A stretch of DNA of 63,405 nucleotides, the filler included, from Chrysochromulina tobinii (Eukaryota), in NCBI GenBank assembly GCA_001275005.1. It is 7 parts of 7 records of this genome, joined end to end, with 100 filler letters (N's around TTAATTAATTAA, not from the genome) between each part and the next. Parts side by side here need not be neighbours in the genome. Positions count along the whole stretch, not along the records: positions 1 to 9,144 come from JWZX01000386.1; positions 9,245 to 15,474 come from JWZX01000387.1; 5 more parts are not named here. One strand, written 5' to 3'. Made by a program: the position numbers and the translations under genes. The notes under the pieces are model-generated. The model did no database searches and was not told the DNA's origin. It saw nothing but the letters and a program-made list of their open reading frames with translations. Every line of letters begins with the position of its first letter. The stretch's first letter is position 1. Shown one piece after another: positions 1-9,685 of this stretch.

Positions 1-1
1 G

Positions 2-3000
2 GAGGAGGAGGAGGAGGAGGAGGAGGAGGGCGAGGAGGGCGAGGACGAGGATGTGGACGAGGAGGAGGAGGAGGGGGAGAGCGAGGCGGAGGCCACCAAG
101 GAAGACGCGATCAACGATGAGCCGCCAGTCCGAGGGGCGCGGCGGACCTCGAGCTGGCATCGTCGCCGGCGGGAGCTTGAGCGCTTCGAGCAGCAGCTGC
201 GCGAGCAGATGGCGCATCAGATGGATCGCATCGAGCAGATGCGTCAGAGGACGCCCACGCTCCAGACGCGCGAGGAGCAGCTCGAGCAGCAGCAAGAGCT
301 CGAGCGCTTCCAAGCCCAGATGGTCGAGAAGATTAGCCAGATGTCGCAGATGCGCCTCGCGCTCGACGCCGAGGCCAGCCAGATGGCGCAGATGCGCTTC
401 ACACTCGACGCCGAGGCGTCGCTCAAGGGCCTGTGGACGCCGGGGCCCTCCACACCCGGCCAGCCGAAGCCCAGCGCGCAGCCAACGCCTGATCCCTCTC
501 CTCCCTCGGCCACGAGCCTCCCTGAAACGTCCAGCGAGGTGGGCGCGCTCTACTGCGCCCAACCGCCGCTCGAGACGGCGCTCTACTGGGCCCAACCGCC
601 GCTCGAGACGGCGCTCTACTGGGCTCAACCGCCGCTCAAGTCTGCGCCACCGTCGTTGCCGCCCTCAGCGCCCCAATCGCTCCCAATGTCTTCGGCTGTC
701 TCGCCCATCCCCACAGAGCCCATGCACTCGACTACGTACGCGGCATCGATGGTCTCGGTGCCGGTGCCGTTGACATCCGCACGAGGTGTGAACGCTGCTC
801 GAGGTGTGAAGGTCCCGGTGCCGGTGCCGTTGACATCCGCGTACGTGGCAGCGCCCGTGAAGACACCTGCATCAGCGTCAGTCGCCTCACACGCGCGAGT
901 GATGGCCACAGCCACTCCAGTCGCTGTGCCCTCCTCGGCATCGGCATGCATCGCTCAACTCTCCTCGGCATCGGCATGCATCGCTCAACCCTCCTCGGCA
1001 TCGGCATGCATCGCTCAACCCTCCTCGGCATCGGCATGCATCGCTCAACCCTCCTCGGCATCGGCATGCATCGCTCAACCCTCCTCGGCATCGGCATGCA
1101 CGCCACGGGCAGCGACGCCGTCAGCAGTGCCGGCAGTACGGGTCGTCGAGGCTCAACCTGCGACATCGAGATCGACATCGAGATCGACATCGAGATCGAC
1201 ATCGACATTGGAGCCTCCGCACCCCCCGCCGAACAATCGCGTGCATCATCCTAATATGGCAGCTGAGCCTCCGCGGATGCACCCTAACGAGAGGATGCAC
1301 CCTGACGAGAGGAGGCACCCTAGCGCGCGGGCACAGGCGCCGTCGCGGGCACAGCCTGAGGCGGCGACGCGAGCACAGGCGCAGGCTGTAACGCGAGCAC
1401 CTGCTGCCGGGCAGGCGCAGGCTGGAACGCGAGCACCTGCTGCTAGGCAGGCGCAGACTGGAACGCTGCCCCGTCTCATGAAGACCACCCGAGCGACCCC
1501 ACCAGCGCCTATCGTACCGGATGGCGCTGTGCTGGGCGCTCGGTCGCTGCCCGCCTCGGCCCCGCCGCTGGCGCAGGCGCGGCTGGCGCCGACACTCGAG
1601 CAGGACCCTAATATGGCAAGTGCGGCACTGGAGCAGGACCCTACTATGGCAAGTGCGGCACTGGAGCAGGACCCTAATATGGCAAGTGCGGCACTGGAGC
1701 AAGCTCCGCCCGTGGAGCCAGCAGCCTCGCTGTCCTTCGAGCCGCAACCGCCCGAACTGCAGCCACCGCAATCATCGCAGCCCGAACTGCAGCCATCGCA
1801 ATCATCGCAGCCCGAACTGCAGCCATCGCAATCATCGCAGCCACCGCAATCATCGCACTCCGAACTGCAATCATCGCAATCATCGCACATCGAGGCCGAG
1901 ATCGATGGTCGCACTTGCCATTTTAGGGACAGCGCGGCTGAGATCAACGGTCGCACTGAAACGGCTGAGGACGTGCCCGACACAGCGCCCGACTTCTTCA
2001 CAGACCGGTCTCCTCATTCACAGCCCGAGGAGACCTCGCAAGCGCAGAGCTGCATCGTCGCGCACAGAGTCACTCAGTCGTCGGCCACGCCACGTGCCAG
2101 GTCGACCAGCACGCCACGTGCCAGGTCGACCAGCACGCCACGTGGCAGGTCAACCAGCACGCCACTTGGCAGGTCAACCAGCACGCCACGTGCCAGGTGG
2201 ACCAGCACGCCACCGTCAGCCAAGCAGCCGAAGCCCCTGGGCGCTGTCTCGGGCGCGCCGCTGCCGATCGCCTCGACCCCGGCGCCCTTACCGCCGGCAG
2301 CCGTCGTCAAGACCACACCTGGATGGCTTGCAGGCTGGCCCTCCGCCGTGCTTGCGGACGCTCAACACAACGCTCCCGCTGCGCCGCCTCCGACGGCGGA
2401 GCGTTGTGTTGAGCTGCCACCAACGCATCCGCCGAAGCCCGAGTTGCAGAGCCCTGCACTGAGCGCGCCTGCCCCGGCCAGGCTGACGGCGAAGGTCCTC
2501 AAGGTGCACCCGAGCCCCGCGGACTGGCGCAGCCCCGCGCTGGTGACTCATCCGAGCACGGGCGCTGTGGTGGGCGCTCTCTCGGGCGCTGTCCCGGGCG
2601 CTCTCTCGGGCGCTGTCCCGGGCGCTCTCTCGGGCGCTGTCCCGGGCGCGGCCCCACCCCCGCCACGGCCGAGAGCGACTCCACCGCCCGCTGGCCCGCC
2701 ACATACGCTGCACACGATGGCGCCCTCGGGGTGTGAAGGCCAGCCACATAGGTGTGAAGGCCCGCCACATACGCTGCACACGATGGCCGTGACGGTACCA
2801 GAGGGCGTCGCAGGCGGCACCGCTGTGAATGTGAATCATGGTGTGAATGGCATCCGCACGCCCTCTGGGCTCATCATTAACATGGAAGCGGTGGTGCCTT
2901 CGGGCCTCTGCGCTGGCCAGATCTTCGAGATCCAACTGCCGCCGATGCTCTTGCCGGAGCCCCCAGCGGCCTGTGGGGAGAGCCATGAACTACGTGCAGC

Positions 3001-6000
3001 CTGTGGGGAGAGCCATGAACTACGTGCGGCCTGTGGGGAGAGCCATGAACTACGGGCGGCCTGTGGGGAGAGCCATGAACTACGGGCGGCATGGGCGCAC
3101 ACGCCGGCGGCACTAGAGGTGCTGCCTGAGGATTCGGCTGCCCTCGGGATTTCGTGCCCTACGCTTGGCGCCAGTGTGAACGTCAGTGTGAATGGCGCCA
3201 TCCAGACACACCCAGCCGAGCTCATGCAGAACGAAGTGCCCTCGCCCCTCAACATGTCATCGCCCCTCCACTTCTCAACGCCGCTGGCGGAGCATCCCTC
3301 GCCGGACGAACTCGACGACCCGCGCACACAGACAGCCAGCATGGCGCCCGGCATGGCGCTCGGCATGGCGCCCGGCATGGCGCCCGAGGGCGCTCATGTA
3401 GGTTGGCCGGCCTTCACACCTCGAGCAGCGTTCACACCTCGAGCAGCGTTTGACCAGAGCCCGTTATTGAGCGCCGTGATGAGCGCCGATGGCGAGCCAC
3501 CCTTGCCGCTGGGTCCGTCGGCTGCTCTCGGCTTCGATTCACAGCGTCGATTCACAGCTCTCGGCTTGGATTCACAGCGTCGATTCACAGCTCTCGGCTT
3601 GGCCCATCGCGCATCGGATCGCCCATCAGAGGTGCTTGGGCCTTCATCGGCCCCGGGACCAGGTCCAGGACCTGTCCCGGTCGTGCCAGCGATGCCGGGC
3701 AGCGCAATGAAACCTTCTGTGCACGTGTCGGACGCAGCAGACGCAGCGCTCGATCGCGAGAACCATGCTCCCGTGCAGCTCGAGCATTCTCCCGTGCAGC
3801 TCGAGCATTCTCCCGTGCAGCTCGAGCATTCTCCCGTGCAGCTCGAGCATTCTCCCGTGCAGCTCGAGCATTCTCCCGTGCAGCTCGAGCATTCTCCCAT
3901 GCAGCTCGAGCCTGGTAGCCTGACGCCGCTCGATGCCGAGAGCTTGGTCGCTTGGTCCGAGAGCCTGGTACTCTCGCCCCCCTCGCCATCAGTGCCATCG
4001 CACCACCTCGGGGACGCAGCGCGGCCCTTGGCGGCGGAGGCGGCTTCGGACGGGACGGCCCTTGCAGCTTTCGAGGCGCTCGCGACGGCGCCCTCGGGGT
4101 GTGAAGGCCAGCCAACCCTTGCAGCTTTCGCGGCGCTCGCGACGGCGCTGGCCACTGCCCCGCTCGCACCGGGCGCCATGGCACCACCGCCGCCAACACC
4201 GTCACAACCACCCTCTCGGCCACAGCTGGTGCCACCAACACAGCCGCCACCGCCGCCGCCATCTCGCGTGCTGCTGCCCCCGGCGGACAAGGCTGCTATT
4301 GAGGATGCGCCGATGGACATAACAAGCTTTCAGCCCACGCCAGTGCAGCCGCCGAAAGGGGCTGCCCAGTACAGCGCCCAGGAGCCGCCCACGCCACTGA
4401 CCTCCCTGGCAGGCTCCATGCCGCGCTACTTGACCTTGAAGCCACGCATCACGACACCACGACCGCGCAGTCTCGTTGAGCCTTGGGCGTCGTCTTGGGC
4501 AGGCGGGGGCGGCGGCCCGCCCGTTGAGTCTTGGGGCGGTGGTGGCACGCCCTTTGAGTCTCGGGGGGCAGGCAGCGGTGGGGGTGGCAGTGTTGTTGGA
4601 GGCACGCCTCGAGCTGCCGCTGCCGCTGCTGCTGCCATCCTGCGGCTTCGTCGCCAGCATGTCGGCGCATCACTCCGCCCCCCACCATCGACCCCCGTCG
4701 CGCCCAATACAGCGCGCTACTCGGCTCGAGTGCGCGCTGCGGTCGCATCCCAAGCAACCTCCCAGGCACCCTCCCGGGCACCCCTCGCGCTCCATGGGAC
4801 CGTGGCGGCCGCTCCGGGGCTGCCGCAATGGGGTCACGCCGCGCATGCGGCAGCCTCGCACGCGGCGAGCGCTGTCTCGGGCGCCCCTCTGGCAGCGGCG
4901 GGCGTCGTCTTGGGCGCCCCTCAGGCAGCCTCACACGCGTCGAGCGCTGTCTCGGGCGCCCCTCAGGCAGCGGCGGGCGCACAAACGGTGCTGCCACGAG
5001 CCGCGCCACCGACCACACCGAGGCCCACACAGCTGCCTGCAAAGCTGCACGTGCCGATCCCCGCACACGCTCCCACTCGGACCGACCACGAGACTGCCTC
5101 GGTGGCTGTGAATGTGAATGTGAATGAGACTGCTCCTGCCACCGCTTCCGCCGCCTCGGCTGCCACTACGGCCGCCACCTCAGCCGCGACGGCCGCCGCT
5201 AAGGCGGCTGATGCGGCCGCGGCTTCTGCCGCACGCGCCGCCGCCGCTGCCGAGTCCACGGCGGTCGCGGTGGCCGCCGCCGCCGCCAGCTGCCAACAGA
5301 TGGCGAGCGCGGCCGCAGAGGCGGCAGCCGCTCCACCGCCCAAGGCGAAGCGAGCACGGCGGGTTCGCAAGGCGGTGCGCCCTGATAAGGCAAGTCACCC
5401 GTGGTACGATAGCGAGCACTCACAGATGGCGGCGCGGCGGGTCGCCGCGGCACGCGCCGGACGCCCGCAACGCAGCGATTGCATGCTCGATCCCGTGTGG
5501 CCGATCGGCATGGAACCACCCGACGGCTACGAGGCTCTGTACGGCCCTTGGGTGCCAGCAGGCAAGGCTGCTGCACCCAGGGGCGCTCGGCCTTCGGGTA
5601 CGGTCCGTCAGGCAGGCGCAGGGGGGCGATGGACACGGCGCTTGGTCCACGGACTCGCCTACCACTCAGCACCGACGGCGTCGCGTCCCAATGCAGACGC
5701 GACGAGCTCGCTCCCCCTCCCCGCTGCTGTCAACAGCGCTCACGCTTTCGCACCCCTCCACGGCTGCGGCTCCATGCCATTCGCACCCCCTCTCGCAGAG
5801 CCCGGAGCGCTGGCGCTGGGCGCGTCGATTGTCGAGGTAGGTGTGAGCTCAGCGGCCTTTGCGATGGTAGCGGAGCTCGTCGGACGTCAACCGCCCTTTG
5901 CGCCCAGCAGTGGCGTTGCCGTCTCGGTGCTGCGCGTGCTCCAGTGCTGCAGCCACCTGCCCAGCCAGCTGCTCCCTGCGCAGCCGCTCAGCCGCGCGCC

Positions 6001-6463
6001 ACTCCCCACATGGGACGCTGCCGGTGGGTCGCCGAGCGCCGTGGCGGGCGCCCCCCGACTCGCCTTCGTACTTGGCGACGATCTCGGCGCTATCTCCGAC
6101 TTTGTGCGCTCGGGGCTGCGTCTGCTGCACGTCGCTGCACGCCCGTCGCGCACCGAGGGTCTCGTGCTCGCCCACCAGCTCGACGTGCGAAGCTGTTGGC
6201 GCGGCGGTGGCCTCGGCGTCGGCCTAGGCGGCGCCGGCGCTGGTGGCGGGGATGGCCAGTGGGGGCGTGGGGGCGAGAGCAGCGCGAACGCCGCGGATGC
6301 CGCCACCGGGGCCACGCCCGCTCTGAGCGTCTGGCGGCTCGTGCTCGCTATTTGCTGGCCACCGACCGCAGGCCAGGCGAGCCCGGTCAGCGTGGCACAG
6401 GCGGTCCCAGCATTCATCGTCGACTACGCCGTTGAGAAAAGGAGCGCCCAGCTCGTGTCGTGA
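2..6463 (+). CDS. Large low-complexity Pro/Ala/Ser-rich protein (5'-partial) with many in-frame tandem repeats and a C-terminal degenerate PARP-catalytic-like region
   Basis: Stop-free frame of >2100 codons, open to the window start (poly-Glu). N-terminal coiled-coil. Internal repeats include SSASACIAQP x6, PVQLEHS x6 and ACGESHELRA x4. The C-terminal ~200 aa follow the order of PARP catalytic-domain motifs. Some in-frame repeats could be introns. Confidence 0.7.
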   Translation, partial: EEEEEEEEEGEEGEDEDVDEEEEEGESEAEATKEDAINDEPPVRGARRTSSWHRRRRELERFEQQLREQMAHQMDRIEQMRQRTPTLQTREEQLEQQQELERFQAQMVEKISQMSQMRLALDAEASQMAQMRFTLDAEASLKGLWTPGPSTPGQPKPSAQPTPDPSPPSATSLPETSSEVGALYCAQPPLETALYWAQPPLETALYWAQPPLKSAPPSLPPSAPQSLPMSSAVSPIPTEPMHSTTYAASMVSVPVPLTSARGVNAARGVKVPVPVPLTSAYVAAPVKTPASASVASHARVMATATPVAVPSSASACIAQLSSASACIAQPSSASACIAQPSSASACIAQPSSASACIAQPSSASACTPRAATPSAVPAVRVVEAQPATSRSTSRSTSRSTSTLEPPHPPPNNRVHHPNMAAEPPRMHPNERMHPDERRHPSARAQAPSRAQPEAATRAQAQAVTRAPAAGQAQAGTRAPAARQAQTGTLPRLMKTTRATPPAPIVPDGAVLGARSLPASAPPLAQARLAPTLEQDPNMASAALEQDPTMASAALEQDPNMASAALEQAPPVEPAASLSFEPQPPELQPPQSSQPELQPSQSSQPELQPSQSSQPPQSSHSELQSSQSSHIEAEIDGRTCHFRDSAAEINGRTETAEDVPDTAPDFFTDRSPHSQPEETSQAQSCIVAHRVTQSSATPRARSTSTPRARSTSTPRGRSTSTPLGRSTSTPRARWTSTPPSAKQPKPLGAVSGAPLPIASTPAPLPPAAVVKTTPGWLAGWPSAVLADAQHNAPAAPPPTAERCVELPPTHPPKPELQSPALSAPAPARLTAKVLKVHPSPADWRSPALVTHPSTGAVVGALSGAVPGALSGAVPGALSGAVPGAAPPPPRPRATPPPAGPPHTLHTMAPSGCEGQPHRCEGPPHTLHTMAVTVPEGVAGGTAVNVNHGVNGIRTPSGLIINMEAVVPSGLCAGQIFEIQLPPMLLPEPPAACGESHELRAACGESHELRAACGESHELRAACGESHELRAAWAHTPAALEVLPEDSAALGISCPTLGASVNVSVNGAIQTHPAELMQNEVPSPLNMSSPLHFSTPLAEHPSPDELDDPRTQTASMAPGMALGMAPGMAPEGAHVGWPAFTPRAAFTPRAAFDQSPLLSAVMSADGEPPLPLGPSAALGFDSQRRFTALGLDSQRRFTALGLAHRASDRPSEVLGPSSAPGPGPGPVPVVPAMPGSAMKPSVHVSDAADAALDRENHAPVQLEHSPVQLEHSPVQLEHSPVQLEHSPVQLEHSPVQLEHSPMQLEPGSLTPLDAESLVAWSESLVLSPPSPSVPSHHLGDAARPLAAEAASDGTALAAFEALATAPSGCEGQPTLAAFAALATALATAPLAPGAMAPPPPTPSQPPSRPQLVPPTQPPPPPPSRVLLPPADKAAIEDAPMDITSFQPTPVQPPKGAAQYSAQEPPTPLTSLAGSMPRYLTLKPRITTPRPRSLVEPWASSWAGGGGGPPVESWGGGGTPFESRGAGSGGGGSVVGGTPRAAAAAAAAILRLRRQHVGASLRPPPSTPVAPNTARYSARVRAAVASQATSQAPSRAPLALHGTVAAAPGLPQWGHAAHAAASHAASAVSGAPLAAAGVVLGAPQAASHASSAVSGAPQAAAGAQTVLPRAAPPTTPRPTQLPAKLHVPIPAHAPTRTDHETASVAVNVNVNETAPATASAASAATTAATSAATAAAKAADAAAASAARAAAAAESTAVAVAAAAASCQQMASAAAEAAAAPPPKAKRARRVRKAVRPDKASHPWYDSEHSQMAARRVAAARAGRPQRSDCMLDPVWPIGMEPPDGYEALYGPWVPAGKAAAPRGARPSGTVRQAGAGGRWTRRLVHGLAYHSAPTASRPNADATSSLPLPAAVNSAHAFAPLHGCGSMPFAPPLAEPGALALGASIVEVGVSSAAFAMVAELVGRQPPFAPSSGVAVSVLRVLQCCSHLPSQLLPAQPLSRAPLPTWDAAGGSPSAVAGAPRLAFVLGDDLGAISDFVRSGLRLLHVAARPSRTEGLVLAHQLDVRSCWRGGGLGVGLGGAGAGGGDGQWGRGGESSANAADAATGATPALSVWRLVLAICWPPTAGQASPVSVAQAVPAFIVDYAVEKRSAQLVS

Positions 6464-6944
6464 GCGCTCGCCGGCGGTTGAATGGCCGATTCTATCTTGG
6501 GAACGATCTCTTCGAGATCACCTCGAGATCGGATTCGGTGCCGAGACCCGAGACGCGAGAGGAGCAACACAGCGTATGAAGCAGGACGAAAACCTATGGA
6601 TCTATAGACGATGCCATAGTCGCGGTAGTGTGCGCTATAGCGGCCAGAGAGGCAGACTGAGGGAGAGGCCAGAGCCGCGGCTCTCAATTGAGTTCGCAAC
6701 ACGCAGTCCGCGAGCCTAGCTCCTACCGCACGCCGTGCGTACCGCTCTTGTGTCTTGAATCTTAACTTAGAATATATTCGTCTCTGAATCGTGTCACACG
6801 TAATGAATGATAACACATGCTATCCGACGAAGACCCCTGCTAAATAATCCATGCAATAGCGAACATGGGTCCACATTACACTGTGTTGGCAGATATTGAC
6901 CATGTGCTGGGACGGAAGGGGGCGCGCTACCGCTAGTACCGCGC

Positions 6945-8006
6945 TCAGAACACCATGCCGCCACCTCGGGCAGCCAGTCGCTCGCGTTGCCTGTCGAGGC
7001 GGCGCGCCGAAAGCATGCTCGCCTTGGAGCCGATCACCGGCACGTGAGACGAGCGGCCGGCGTCCGAGAGGCGCGCGGCGCGTCGCACCGCCATCTGCAG
7101 CTCCCTGAACTTGGGCTTCAGACGGTTGTACTCGGCCACCGCCTCCTTAAGCAGAGGCCCACCGACGCCGCGCAGCTCCTGCATGCGGCGCTCGGCCTCG
7201 CGGTACTGATGCTCGATCTCGTCGAGGGCCGCCTCGGCCTCTGCCAGCCCTCCTTCAGCTCCCGTGGCTATGTGCTCCTCGTCCGCCTCTACGGGCTTCA
7301 TCGCCACACGCCTCGCGGTCTGCGTTCTCGCGGTGGGCGAGGAAGTGGGCGACTGCTGCTGCTGCTGCTGATCGTGCTGCCGCGACGAGGGCAATGGCTG
7401 CTGCTGCATCCTCGCGGAGGGCGAAGACGGCTGCTGCTGCTGCTGCGGCGGCGGCGGCATCACGGGGGCGACGCCCCGCAATGTCGGCTTCGAGGGCGAA
7501 CGCGGCTTGGTGACTGGAGAGGGCGCCATGGTGGGCGCCTTGGAAGCGGGAGGACTGCCGAGGAGGCCGCCGAGGAGGTTATTGAGCATCGCAGCTGCCT
7601 CGGGCGGAGCCTGACCCGACTCAACCTGCTCCACGAGCTCTTCCAGCTGCTTGGCGAGGGCAGCGTCCTTGGCGGCCCACTCCTTCTGCATCGCTTGCTC
7701 CTTGGCCCGCTTTTCTGCTTCATGTTCCGAGCGCTTTTTGGCCGCAAGCTCCCTGCGCTGCCTTTCCTCTGCCTGCTGCGCCGCCACCCGTTCGGCCTCC
7801 TTGCGTGCCGCCTCTTCCGCGGCCCTCTGCACCTCCTCCTCCTGTTTCACCTCCTCGAGCCGTGACCAATTCTTCTTGGCTTGCATTCGAGCCATGACGG
7901 CCTCGAGCTCCGCATCGACTTGCGCGACCATGTGCTGCCGCTCACGCTGCACGCTCCGCACCTTCTGCTCCACCTGCTGTGGGTTGAGCCCGGACGGCCT
8001 CTGCAT
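6945..8006 (-). CDS. Coiled-coil hypothetical protein
   Basis: ORF 6945-8114 with an E/K/R/A-rich helical region, a Gln/Pro linker and a C-terminal helical segment. The ATG at 8006 (MQRPSG) was chosen as the likely start; start uncertain. Confidence 0.7.
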   Translation of the reverse strand: MQRPSGLNPQQVEQKVRSVQRERQHMVAQVDAELEAVMARMQAKKNWSRLEEVKQEEEVQRAAEEAARKEAERVAAQQAEERQRRELAAKKRSEHEAEKRAKEQAMQKEWAAKDAALAKQLEELVEQVESGQAPPEAAAMLNNLLGGLLGSPPASKAPTMAPSPVTKPRSPSKPTLRGVAPVMPPPPQQQQQPSSPSARMQQQPLPSSRQHDQQQQQQSPTSSPTARTQTARRVAMKPVEADEEHIATGAEGGLAEAEAALDEIEHQYREAERRMQELRGVGGPLLKEAVAEYNRLKPKFRELQMAVRRAARLSDAGRSSHVPVIGSKASMLSARRLDRQRERLAARGGGMVF

Positions 8007-8210
8007 GATGTCCGACGGACGTGCGGCCCAAAACTCTTCGAATGCGACCGTGAGCGCCCATTTCGGCGCTTTCGAAGCCGAACGCATGCACGCTCTGCGT
8101 GCCAAGCTACCCAATCATGTCCGTGACTCGTCGGAAAGACGCGCGATCGGCCGTGAGGACAACCCACCGTGAGCGCGGACGCGACGGGGGCGAAGGGTCT
8201 TTTGCGCATC

Positions 8211-8889
8211 GTCGATGACGGTGTGTGAAGAACATCGTCATCGACGCGATTTGTCGATGACGGTGTTCTTCACACACCGTCATCGACACGATTTCTCGAT
8301 GACGGTCTTGAGTGGAGACCTTCATCGACGTTAACGTCGATGACGGTCTGGGCCAGAAACCATCAACGACGTTTTGTCGATGACGGTCTTCAGAAGAGAC
8401 CGTCATCGACTTTTTCGTCGATGACGGTCTCCAACTGACACCGTCATCGACTTTTTCGTCGATGACGGTATTTGAGCCACACCGTCATCGACGTTTTGTC
8501 GATGACGGTGTCAGTTGGAGACAGTCATTGACAAAAAGTCGATGACGGTATTTGAGCCACACCGTCATCGACGTTAAAGTAAAGTCGATGACGGTGTCGG
8601 TTGAAAACCGTCAACGACGAAAATCTCGATGACGGTTTCTAAGCCACACCGTCATCGACGAATTTCGTCGATGACGGTTTTGATCAGGACCTGTCATCGA
8701 CACAGTTTGTCGATGACGGGGGCTGACTCACACTGTCATCGACGTTTTTGTCGATGACGGTTTAAGTCAAAGACCGTCATCGAGAAAGTTTGTCGATGAC
8801 GGGGTGGTCTTTCACCCGTCATCGACACAGGATGTCGATGACGGGAAATGACGGGTTTCGTCGGCATGTTCTCGGAGACCGTCATCGAT
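8211..8889. repeat. Periodic inverted-repeat array: GTCGATGACGG / CCGTCATCGAC alternating, ~41-bp period, 16 units with variable spacers
   Basis: Forward copies at 8211, 8253, 8295, 8336, 8376, 8417, 8458, 8498, 8538, 8584, 8625, 8667, 8709, 8750, 8792 and 8834. Each is followed by a variable ~13-nt spacer (usually T-N11-A), the reverse-complement copy, and a mostly 5-8 nt AT-rich spacer. Confidence 0.95.
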
Positions 8890-9038
8890 CGCAAAAGTTT
8901 TCATGTCGCAACGACCCCAACACATTGACAGGGTTGACGTTGTTCAAGCACTCTCTGATGAGGCCACGCAGCTGTTCGGGGGCGGGCCGCCGGCCTTCAG
9001 GCGGCGGCGGGAGGGCAAGCACGCCCTTGAGCCCTGGC

Positions 9039-9144
9039 CTCGACAACTCGACAGGAAACTCGACAGGAAACTCGACAGGAACTCGACAGCTCCTTGACAG
9101 GATACTCGACAGCTACTCGACAGGATAGCTCGACAGCTACTCGA
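9039..9144. repeat. CTCGACAG(GAAA/CTA) short tandem repeat running into the contig end; possible transposon subterminal repeat
   Basis: About ten CTCGAC(A) copies at ~10-12 nt spacing. Confidence 0.8.
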
Positions 9145-9244
9145 NNNNNNNNNNNNNNNNNNNNNNNNNNNNNNNNNNNNNNNNNNNNTTAATTAATTAA
9201 NNNNNNNNNNNNNNNNNNNNNNNNNNNNNNNNNNNNNNNNNNNN
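9145..9244. other. Artificial contig-join spacer
   Basis: 44 N + TTAATTAATTAA (stops in all six frames) + 44 N. Confidence 0.99.
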
Positions 9245-9685
9245 GATATAACGGTATATCATCTTTTTTTCTTCTGCTTTTAATATCATGTGCTATCATG
9301 TGCCATCTCATCTCACGTTCTTGATGATATAGGGACCTGATACCGACACATGATATGATAATGATATATTATGATATAACGCCCAATTCGAGCCTCGACC
9401 TCCACGTCCCCAACCCTACATGATATCACATGATATCACATGATATCATGTCCCCCGACCACAGCCCAAGCCCCCACAACACAAACTTCGATATCACGAG
9501 ATATCATGGCATATCATGAATCATGATACATCATGATATATGACATGATACACGAATACGAAAACACAGATATGAGCACAAGATATCGATGATATGGAGA
9601 TGATATATTGATGCTATGGAAATGGCGTGGGCCTGGCTTCGTCGCATGCTCTGCGGCAGGCATAGGATATCAGTAGAATCTCATC

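Noticed and set aside
51..6435. Numerous long overlapping alternative-frame and antisense ORFs, here and throughout the window
   Set aside because: Expected shadows of GC-rich coding sequence and tandem repeats; Arg/Pro/Ala-rich with no motifs.
8211..8889. True CRISPR array
   Set aside because: Spacers are only ~11-13 nt, the palindrome loops vary, spacers recur in inverted form, no cas genes are present and the context is eukaryotic.
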